From the IMG/VR virus record IMGVR_UViG_3300017914_000796, positions 1 through 24,846 of that record: a stretch of DNA of 24,846 nucleotides; one strand, written 5' to 3'. Below, piece after piece: positions 1-7,985 of this stretch (positions are counted from its first letter, which is position 1; each line of letters opens with the position of its first letter). This DNA is from a virus. Taxonomy: Duplodnaviria > Caudoviricetes. Both the position numbers and the translations under genes were made by a program. The notes beneath the pieces were generated by a model. That model did not search any database. It was not told the DNA's origin and worked only from the letters and a program-made list of their open reading frames with translations.

Positions 1-96
1 AAATGATTGATAACCAGTCTCAGCACTGCCAAGCGTGATTGTGCCAGTACCTGTCGTACTGGTGGACATCTTTGCCCGATTTACAAGAGTGACCAT
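1..96 (-). CDS. 5' end of probable tail fibre / tail-associated structural protein (runs off window)
   Basis: Not in ORF track. ATG at 96 preceded by AGAGG; open to the window edge as [32 protein letters not shown], a Thr/Gly-rich N-terminus typical of phage fibre anchors; follows the structural gene 108..479. Confidence 0.65.
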   Translation of the reverse strand, partial: MVTLVNRAKMSTSTTGTGTITLGSAETGYQSF

Positions 97-107
97 GCGC
101 TAACCTC

Positions 108-479
108 TTAGGCTGGATCAGGGATTTCAATGTCTACCGCTGTTAGGCTAAACGTGTTGCCTGATGTAACCGCTTGCGATGACGACAGAGAACCAGTTGC
201 CAACAAGCGAGAGTTGCTTGTGTCAGTAATCGCAAAGTGTGTCGCTGTGCCTGTGCCGGTAACAGATGCACCAGAGATTGCACTTAGCGTAACCTTACGA
301 CCAGATGTGTCACCATCAGCAGGCGCTGAGATCGTAATGCTTGTTGTGTTGCCCAGCGTGTTTGTAGATGTCGCCGCTGTGTAAGTTGTTGGTTCTGCGC
401 TGCAAATGTCAACGCGGGTTGCTTCTGTATCCAAAACGGATAAACCGCTGTCATATACTCGGTCTGCTAGTGTTGCCAT
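108..479 (-). CDS. virion structural protein (Thr/Ser-rich beta protein, tail-associated)
   Basis: 123 aa, strong AAGGAG RBS; GTGTATHFAI...LLATGSL...VTSGNTF pattern recurrent in phage structural proteins; position in tail module. Confidence 0.7.
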   Translation of the reverse strand: MATLADRVYDSGLSVLDTEATRVDICSAEPTTYTAATSTNTLGNTTSITISAPADGDTSGRKVTLSAISGASVTGTGTATHFAITDTSNSRLLATGSLSSSQAVTSGNTFSLTAVDIEIPDPA

Positions 480-502
480 TTTAAAACTCCTTTATTGCCT
501 TG

Positions 503-531
503 CTTATACCAGATGTTGCGTAAATATCCAA
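503..531 (-). promoter_or_regulatory. putative sigma70-type promoter for tail genes
   Basis: Minus strand TTGGAT (531-526), 17 nt, TATAAG (508-503), with TG one base upstream of the -10; lies in the 57 nt gap before 108..479. Confidence 0.6.
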
Positions 532-536
532 GATAA

Positions 537-3026
537 TCATCTGAAACCACCACCCGTTGCGACGATGCTTGTTGGCCGCAACCAAAACTCCGTATCATTC
601 TCCCGCTCAATACGTCGCTCCATACGGCGCAAGTATCCAGGATTGACGCTTTCTTGCAGTTGATACCAGATCAAATAATCCATCGCTTGCTTGGTATAGA
701 ACAAGTTGCCAAATGGAACGTTACCCTTAATCAAACGGATTACATCACCACTCAGATCCTCCTCACCACCCATCACCACGCCTCGAGCGCGCTGCAATAG
801 ATCAATCGTTTCGGATACCTCCGTTACCGCCGGGCCAGCAATCGTTTGCAGCGTACCACCGCCGTATCTGTTAGCTTCTCCGAATAAAAAGTCGCCGTAG
901 ATACCCAAGCCGCCGCCCTGCATCATTGCCGCGACAAATGCTTCTGGGCTTGGCTCTCGCATTTCACGGCCCTTCGCAACCTCTTTAAGCTGCATCACAT
1001 AATAGCCCATGATAGTTGTGCCGACGATCGTATTCACAAGGCCTATATTGGCCCCTATGCCGCGCTGTATTTGCTCTCTTGCACTACCCGCGCCCTGACC
1101 ATAGAGCTGCCGCCCTAGTGGCTTTGTAAGGGCTGTTACGCCAAATGACTTGAACTGTGTTAGAAAGCGAATACCTTCGCCAGCCAATGTCCCAGGACGA
1201 TATCCCCGGCGCAACATCGCTCTTTCCCTTGCCCCCGGTGACGGAACAGCATTGTCAGCCTCAGACACCATCATTGCAAAGAAGTTTTCACGCAATGACG
1301 CATCCTTAATTTCACCAGGAATAAGATAGTCACGGCCATCCGGACCCTTCTTAACGTCCTTACGCGCTTTGTTCCAAGCTTGTTCATCGATGCCATAAAT
1401 TGATAACAACCGCTTCATGTCATCTGGCAGATCATTGAATGCCTTACTTGCCTCGCGCCCCAGATCGTTAGAGATCATTAGCGTAACGCCGCGCTTGTTA
1501 CTTTCCGTCCAAGGCTGCAATAGGTTCAACTTGAAGAACATAGACATTACTTTAGATGTCTGCCCCGGCACATCATCAGACGCATTGAAGCGGCTCATAA
1601 AGTCGCCTAGCTGCCCCTCGATACCAACACCTAGCCGATCAGAAAACTCTCGCATTTCGCCAGCGTTCATACCACGGAATACCGCAGTCAGCGCATCACC
1701 CCACGAGTCTAGTAGTGACCGCCCCTGATACATTCGGTTACTAGCAATGAATGCAACATCAGATAGAGCAGAAATCCACGCGCCACCCAGCTTGGCCATT
1801 GTCTGTACCGCACGGAACCAATGCATCCACCGCGCAATCTCAGTGTGTGACCCCAAGTTTACATCGCCGGAAACCTCAGCATATGCCGCTTTGAAGTTCA
1901 AAGGTGCATTCTCTCGCTTTAGGCGCTTTACCTTTTTCAGATCGCCCTGGTGCTTTTCCAGCAATCGTTTCTGTATCCGCTCAACCATTGCCTCCGGGTT
2001 AGTCCCCAGCACTTGCATCAATGACGTAGAACGCAACGATGAATTGATGTCTTGCATGAATGCCTCACGCAATGATGCCCGACCAAATGCCTGATCGTAG
2101 TCATACCAATCATCTGCGCTTTTGTATGTGAACAAAGACGATGCACTCTCGCGCTTGGCCAAGTTGCCCGGCCCCTTAAATGATTTGGCAATCTCATTGC
2201 GCTCAGTCTCTTTGCGCACCCCAGTAACGATTGCATCATAAGATCTTTCTAAGAACGCACGACGACCTTCGATGTTCGCATCAAATTCACCCTTGGCAGT
2301 CTTTGACCAATCTAAGCGAGTGTTTATTTCCTCAACCCACTTGTCTTTGCCAGCCTTAATCATACGCCGAATGTCATGGCTTGATCCGACCACACGCCCT
2401 TGCTTTAGGCGAATATATGCACCAGCTTTGTTTTCACGCTGCAATGCGTCACGCTGATACTTAAACATAATTTCAGCCATCTTTTGTGCATCGACGCTGA
2501 CATCGTTAAGTTCAGTCCGGGGCTTTGGTTCTGGCATGTTAAGGTTTGCCAGCGCTCGAGATACTTCTTTTTCAAAGTCCTCTTTCATGTTGTTGAACTT
2601 GGTATGCAGATCCGCTTTCTTTAAATCGGCAATAAACCCACCCATAAACTCACCAACAAGAGCCTGATTGATTGAGTCCACAGACTTTTGTGCGCCCTCA
2701 AATGCCGCATTTGTGCCAACCAGCAATGACTCTAAGCCCAAAGACGGATCGCCTGTTAGTGCATCAGCCGCTTCGGCACGTACCATAGCACGTTGCTCAA
2801 CCATAATATTGATGTAACGATTGCGCCGTTCGATCTTACGGGCGATATCCGCCTCATCAATCATAACTTGACCGCGCGTGAATATCGCTTCCTCAACCTC
2901 ATCAAGCTTCCCTGATGCTTGCCGGGCTTTCTTTTCGGCTTGTAGATCCTCAAGAATTTCTTCTAGCTCATCATCAGATAGGCGATTTGCATTTGCTTTA
3001 TCTAGTTCTGCTAAACACTTAGACAT
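537..3026 (-). CDS. large internal virion (ejection) protein
   Basis: 829 aa helical protein; C-terminal QFKSF and GGGLGIYGDFLFG segments typical of the last internal virion protein of podoviruses; GAGGT RBS; synteny. Confidence 0.75.
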   Translation of the reverse strand: MSKCLAELDKANANRLSDDELEEILEDLQAEKKARQASGKLDEVEEAIFTRGQVMIDEADIARKIERRNRYINIMVEQRAMVRAEAADALTGDPSLGLESLLVGTNAAFEGAQKSVDSINQALVGEFMGGFIADLKKADLHTKFNNMKEDFEKEVSRALANLNMPEPKPRTELNDVSVDAQKMAEIMFKYQRDALQRENKAGAYIRLKQGRVVGSSHDIRRMIKAGKDKWVEEINTRLDWSKTAKGEFDANIEGRRAFLERSYDAIVTGVRKETERNEIAKSFKGPGNLAKRESASSLFTYKSADDWYDYDQAFGRASLREAFMQDINSSLRSTSLMQVLGTNPEAMVERIQKRLLEKHQGDLKKVKRLKRENAPLNFKAAYAEVSGDVNLGSHTEIARWMHWFRAVQTMAKLGGAWISALSDVAFIASNRMYQGRSLLDSWGDALTAVFRGMNAGEMREFSDRLGVGIEGQLGDFMSRFNASDDVPGQTSKVMSMFFKLNLLQPWTESNKRGVTLMISNDLGREASKAFNDLPDDMKRLLSIYGIDEQAWNKARKDVKKGPDGRDYLIPGEIKDASLRENFFAMMVSEADNAVPSPGARERAMLRRGYRPGTLAGEGIRFLTQFKSFGVTALTKPLGRQLYGQGAGSAREQIQRGIGANIGLVNTIVGTTIMGYYVMQLKEVAKGREMREPSPEAFVAAMMQGGGLGIYGDFLFGEANRYGGGTLQTIAGPAVTEVSETIDLLQRARGVVMGGEEDLSGDVIRLIKGNVPFGNLFYTKQAMDYLIWYQLQESVNPGYLRRMERRIERENDTEFWLRPTSIVATGGGFR

Positions 3027-4868
3027 CTACGACCTCGCCACACATTTCATACCAGCCTGAATAACCTCAACCCTAGCCTCATGGTTACGATCAATCTCGT
3101 CCATTTCCTCTAATGACCGGATTTGATCTTTGGTCAATTCATCAGACAACCGCGCCTGTTCAATTATTTGTTCCCGGCGATCGTTTATTTCATCAAACGG
3201 TATTTCGTCAGGAGTTTCATCCGCACGGGCCGACGCATCGAAATCAGCGAGCCTATCGCTTTCTGGCTGCACCGTTGTTTCTGCGATCATACGGGATCTA
3301 ACATCTTCGATCCGCATTGAAATCGCTTGCGCTGCATCGACAACATCCTCGCCCGTACGCGCCATACGATCTGCAATGACAGCAATCTCGTCATCGGTGA
3401 CGTTCTTCATACCAAGCATTTCTAGCTCAGTGCGTATCTCTTGACGGAAAGCTATCTCACGCTCAAAGTCATCTTTGCCCTGGTGGTATTGACGCCATTG
3501 CTCCGCCTCAAATTGATCTGCCCTTGAAAAGGTAAAGTTGCCTCGCGCTTCATCACGCAAGCGCTCAACCAATTCACTGGCGTTACGCGAACCCAAAAAC
3601 CCGTTTTGATATGCGATATCTGCCATATCGTCTAAGTTCTTTTCCGATGTCGTATTGCTTACACGATTGACCTGAATGCCCTTATCAGTCTTGTAGCCCG
3701 CAGCGCCCTCAATACCGACTGCCTTTAATTCGCCGCGAAAAGCCGGATCTTGATCGTTAATACCACCCTTTGATCTAATAAACTCAGATAGCGTTTCTGG
3801 GCGCTTGACCGATTTAGGGGCAATCAGATCAACTTGCACATTCTGATCTAGGGCAAATTTACGAACCGCCATGTCATGAGTGATTGGTCCGCCAGTGATG
3901 TTATACATCTTGCGCACCTTCGCGACCGCTTGGTTCGATCTTGCAATCGCATCCGCTTCTGTTTCAGTAATGTCATCCGCCATCTTTCTGACTTCTAAGA
4001 CATCACCGTAATCAGTCATGGAAATTGTTTCTTTAGCCTTTACAGATCTTGCTGCAATAGCCCCACCGACAGAGCCGATGGCCCCGCCCAAGAAAAACCC
4101 AGCGCCCACGTTAAACAGCGCATCATACATTGTGTAATCTAGCTGTTGGTCCTGCGATAAGCCATAGTACAATGGTTCTGTAATAGCTGCGCCAAACGCA
4201 CCTTCACGCGCGCCCACATACCCAGATCCTTTGATCTTACCATACTTGGCAATCGCTCTCGCTCGACCAGCTTGGCCAACGATTGGGATAAACATTGAGG
4301 CGACCTCCAATGGGTCAACGGCCATTGCGGCCATGCCACCAGCGAATTGCACGGCTCCAGGAATAATACCTTTAGGGCCAGCATTAATAATCGCATTGCG
4401 GACAGCTTCTTCTTTCTTTCCCTTATACAGTAGATCCGCTTCTTCTTCGGACATTGGACGATCAAAGTTTAAAAGATCACCATACTTTTCCGCAAGCTGA
4501 TCCGGCGCTTTAAGTAAGCCCATTTCTAGCGCTTTGTCTGTTACACGATCTGATTGATAGTTACCTATTTGTTGAAACACCTGTATCGCGCGGCGCTGCA
4601 AACGACCACGTTCCAACGGATCTGTCTCAGTTATTAGTTGATCCCGTATTTCTTTTTGTTCGTCGAATAAATCTGCCTCGATCTCCATATAGGCTTGACG
4701 CCGGGCATCTGTATCCGCCGAGCTTTGATTGATTTGCTGTACTAGCAAGCTGCCCATTGTGGGCATTTCAAACGCAGCACCAAACTGATCTGTTAGTGTT
4801 ACAGATAAATCATCCCCAGCAATCTGCCGAAGTATTCTATTCTTTGTCTGTAACTGCCTAGTACGCAT
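3027..4868 (-). CDS. internal virion (ejection) protein
   Basis: 613 aa; Gly/Ala-rich hydrophobic segments (VGAGFFLGGAIGSVGGAIAA) followed by charged helices; lies between other internal virion genes. Confidence 0.65.
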   Translation of the reverse strand: MRTRQLQTKNRILRQIAGDDLSVTLTDQFGAAFEMPTMGSLLVQQINQSSADTDARRQAYMEIEADLFDEQKEIRDQLITETDPLERGRLQRRAIQVFQQIGNYQSDRVTDKALEMGLLKAPDQLAEKYGDLLNFDRPMSEEEADLLYKGKKEEAVRNAIINAGPKGIIPGAVQFAGGMAAMAVDPLEVASMFIPIVGQAGRARAIAKYGKIKGSGYVGAREGAFGAAITEPLYYGLSQDQQLDYTMYDALFNVGAGFFLGGAIGSVGGAIAARSVKAKETISMTDYGDVLEVRKMADDITETEADAIARSNQAVAKVRKMYNITGGPITHDMAVRKFALDQNVQVDLIAPKSVKRPETLSEFIRSKGGINDQDPAFRGELKAVGIEGAAGYKTDKGIQVNRVSNTTSEKNLDDMADIAYQNGFLGSRNASELVERLRDEARGNFTFSRADQFEAEQWRQYHQGKDDFEREIAFRQEIRTELEMLGMKNVTDDEIAVIADRMARTGEDVVDAAQAISMRIEDVRSRMIAETTVQPESDRLADFDASARADETPDEIPFDEINDRREQIIEQARLSDELTKDQIRSLEEMDEIDRNHEARVEVIQAGMKCVARS

Positions 4869-7508
4869 TTAGTTGCCCTGCTTGCTTCGACGTTCTAGTA
4901 CTCTTTCGTACTCACCGGATTCCTTCATATCCTTGAAGGTTCTAAATTGAGTCATGGCAATAGAAGGAAAATCAGGTTTTCTTAACTCATATAGAAGAAA
5001 CTGATAGTATTCGTTTTTTTCTGCGCTAGTGGCACTTTCTGGTATTCGATCCATGTACCTGTTAAAAATGATAACCTTTTTTCGATTTGTCTCAGCTCGC
5101 TTTACGCGCTCCTCAGCCGACACTGGCTCGGCTCTTGGCGCAGCAGGTGTTACTGGTTGCGCTTCTTGTAAGGCCGCCATGCCAGCTTCATAACCTGGCG
5201 CACCAGGCTCGAACCCAGGGGCCATAGCTTGATCTGCACCAGCCGGTTCAACCTTACCCACCTCAACAGCAGCGCCTTGAAGCTCTTTCAAGATCATGTC
5301 TAAATCTTTAAACTTTATATCTACAGGTCCAGAACCATCAGCCATTTCGGCTTGTATTAAATACCCGGTATCAGTGCGATAGTGCAACACAACACCGTCA
5401 CCTGTGCTGTTGTTTACAAAGACACCCTTACGCGCAAGATTGGTAAACGATATCGCCTCATCAATATATCCAGGCGCATCGGTTACATCTAACTCTTTAA
5501 TGCCTAGCTTTTGCAGCGTTTCAGGGTTCATAATCTGACCGCCAAGCTTTGCACTAACGGTATTCTTATTGAACTCTAGCGGCACAATGTACGAACCGTT
5601 TTCGTTGCTGACAACGTTTTCAAACTCTGGAAACAACCGTGATGCTACCCATTTAGCAGCATCAGCACCAGACTTTCCAGTTTGCGCCATGTACTGATAT
5701 AGCAGCTTTTCCGCCACGCCCATAGCGCTTGCCAGATCTTCTTGCGCCTTGACATCACCGCCCTGAATAAACGCAGAAGTATATTCTGTAAGTGTTGTTT
5801 GTAGATCTGCCATAGCGTCAGACGCATCAGTTTTATCAATTAGCTTTTTGATATCCGCCGCATCAGTCTGTGAAACCTTCATCAGCATATCGTGTAGACC
5901 AGGATCGTTTGTCATCATGGCCTCTGTAAACTCTGGCTTTAGACCAGCCTTATTCAGCTCATCAACGAAACGGATTGAATCATCCCCAAACGCATTGCGA
6001 TATTGCTGAAAGAACGAAACCGCCAAGTCTGGATTGGACTCAGCAATACTTTCTAGGTTCTGCACAAGCTGTTGTGACATGCCCTTAGACATGATCTGTC
6101 TCGCGCTTTCGCTTACACCGATCTTATCGTATGTCTTTTTCAGAGTGATACCCAAGCCCTGCAAGTTAAATGCAGCAGCTTCCAAGTTGCCCTCAGCAAT
6201 ATCCCTCATTGCTCCCTCTGCAAACTTTCTCGCCTCTGGGTTTGTATCAAGAACATATTGCGCCGGATCTGCATTGACCCGGTTTGCACGATCCGCAACA
6301 GCCGCTTGGAACGTTTCATACCTTTGCTGCAAAGATGCCAACTCTGCACCAGTTGTGCCGGGCGCTGGGCTTTCATAGTCAGCCTTCATTTCGCTAACAG
6401 CCTTGTTCGCCTCTGCAACACTCATCGTTGACAATGCGCCGTATGTAAGCGCGTCCTGTTCAGCAAACTCTAGTGAACGAAGCAGCCCATCAAGTGTATC
6501 TTGGTCCTCAGCAAACAACACCGATAGATTAGCCTCATCAACCCCAAAACCCTCTGGAGTTTGGCCAGTGTGCGTAATGTAGAGCAATGCATCTTGCAAG
6601 TTTTCAACAAACTCTGTGCGCCCTGCGTTTATCTCTCTAGTGATATCGTTCCCGATACGCTCCTCTAAATTACGGGTTTGTTCGTAATTCATGCCGGGGA
6701 ATGTTTCTTGCTCAGATATCTCCGCAAGGATCGCTTGTTTTTCCGGAATGCCAGCCGCGTTATTTAAGCGATAGTATAGGTTTTCACGGATCGCCGCATT
6801 GACCGCTCGATCAACAAGGTTCTGTGCTTTCTTTTCGCTTACACCACGTGTTTGCGCTGTCTCTAAAAGCTTTGCCCCAGCAGTGTTAATCTGATCCTCT
6901 GTGACGCCTTCTTGCAGTGCAATCTCTTGTATTGCTTGAACGCCATCATTAAGAATTTCCTCTGTTTTCGCAGCCCATGCAGCCTTTGCCTTACGTGATA
7001 CAATCTCTGAATATCGTGTGTTAAAAGAAACCGAGTCCTCTTGTAGACGCGCATTTAGAACGCCAGCGGCAACTGGGTTTACAACTTGCAGTGATGCAGT
7101 GTACCCATCTTGAATGTCGCTCATACGATCATTAAACACGCTCATAGACATATTTGTTTCGTCGGCTTGCTGAATAAGAGTGCGCATATCTGACCGTGCA
7201 GCCGTCTCTATCTCGACAACAGCGATCTTGTTCGCAGCATCAAATGCCGCTTGTTCTGCGATTGTGCGCGGCTCGTCTTGGCCTTGTAGTTGCTCCAATA
7301 CAGGGACAGCACCTTCTTGCCGAACACGCTCAACACCGCGCTGTTCAGCCACCTCAGCGGCTTGGCGGAACGCAAACTCACCCATGCGATCTAGTTGCTG
7401 TGCAATCGTTTGCCCTAGTCGTTGCGATTCCCTTGCAGCGGCAAAGTCCATGCTCGAAGGCTGTCGAACCTTGATCCCTGTTTTTTGATATCTTGGAAGA
7501 ATCGCCAT
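4869..7508 (-). CDS. internal virion (ejection) protein
   Basis: 879 aa Ala/Glu/Gln-rich helical protein starting MAILPRYQ; follows the small internal virion protein, as in podovirus gp14-15-16 order. Confidence 0.7.
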   Translation of the reverse strand: MAILPRYQKTGIKVRQPSSMDFAAARESQRLGQTIAQQLDRMGEFAFRQAAEVAEQRGVERVRQEGAVPVLEQLQGQDEPRTIAEQAAFDAANKIAVVEIETAARSDMRTLIQQADETNMSMSVFNDRMSDIQDGYTASLQVVNPVAAGVLNARLQEDSVSFNTRYSEIVSRKAKAAWAAKTEEILNDGVQAIQEIALQEGVTEDQINTAGAKLLETAQTRGVSEKKAQNLVDRAVNAAIRENLYYRLNNAAGIPEKQAILAEISEQETFPGMNYEQTRNLEERIGNDITREINAGRTEFVENLQDALLYITHTGQTPEGFGVDEANLSVLFAEDQDTLDGLLRSLEFAEQDALTYGALSTMSVAEANKAVSEMKADYESPAPGTTGAELASLQQRYETFQAAVADRANRVNADPAQYVLDTNPEARKFAEGAMRDIAEGNLEAAAFNLQGLGITLKKTYDKIGVSESARQIMSKGMSQQLVQNLESIAESNPDLAVSFFQQYRNAFGDDSIRFVDELNKAGLKPEFTEAMMTNDPGLHDMLMKVSQTDAADIKKLIDKTDASDAMADLQTTLTEYTSAFIQGGDVKAQEDLASAMGVAEKLLYQYMAQTGKSGADAAKWVASRLFPEFENVVSNENGSYIVPLEFNKNTVSAKLGGQIMNPETLQKLGIKELDVTDAPGYIDEAISFTNLARKGVFVNNSTGDGVVLHYRTDTGYLIQAEMADGSGPVDIKFKDLDMILKELQGAAVEVGKVEPAGADQAMAPGFEPGAPGYEAGMAALQEAQPVTPAAPRAEPVSAEERVKRAETNRKKVIIFNRYMDRIPESATSAEKNEYYQFLLYELRKPDFPSIAMTQFRTFKDMKESGEYERVLERRSKQGN

Positions 7509-7519
7509 AATTTAACCTA

Positions 7520-7984
7520 TCACGCTAATTGACCGTACCGATACGCGTATGTTCCAGCAGTGCCAAGAGCTTGCACCATCGATGTTTGCATAGCTGTTTT
7601 ACCCGCTTGCTGATAAATATCGGCCTGTACTTGCCCCTGACTGATTGCAGCCGTAGCATTGTCAGCCGCTATGTTTGCTTCTTCAATGCCCTCCGCTGTT
7701 GATGCTAAAGCAACGGTTCTTGCAGATCCAGACGTAGGATCAACATTACCCGCCGCAGATCTCGCAATGATAGCCGCAAGTGTTTCATTGAGGTTTGCCA
7801 TAATCTCAGCGCCCTTTTGCTTGTAGGCAATCGCCTCAGCGCGGCCCTTTAATTCGGCTTGCTGCGCTTGCTGTTGGTACTGCCTTTGCGCTGCACGACC
7901 CGCTGATATCTGCCCTAACGCAGACGCCGCTCCTATTACTAATTGAGCGCCCTGTGTTGCTGCCATTCCCGCTAGTGCTGTCAT
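7520..7984 (-). CDS. small internal virion protein (T7 gp14 positional analogue)
   Basis: Ala/Gln/Gly-rich, hydrophobic N-terminus, AAGNVDPTSGSA motif; start moved from 7999 to ATG 7984 (GGGGA RBS, 1 nt after the nozzle stop). Confidence 0.7.
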   Translation of the reverse strand: MTALAGMAATQGAQLVIGAASALGQISAGRAAQRQYQQQAQQAELKGRAEAIAYKQKGAEIMANLNETLAAIIARSAAGNVDPTSGSARTVALASTAEGIEEANIAADNATAAISQGQVQADIYQQAGKTAMQTSMVQALGTAGTYAYRYGQLA

Positions 7985-7985
7985 A

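Noticed and set aside
3024-3029. TAG reassignment (alternative genetic code) suggested by the in-frame TAG-ATG junction
   Set aside because: TAG ends other genes at natural C-termini (SSB-like DDEIPF, scaffold), genes are not fragmented under code 11, and the downstream ATG has its own SD.
4139-4465. Same-strand alternative-frame ORFs inside structural genes (also 12843..13220, 17752..18012)
   Set aside because: Unlike the MTase beta chain they are short, show no protein motif and complement nothing missing from the host gene.
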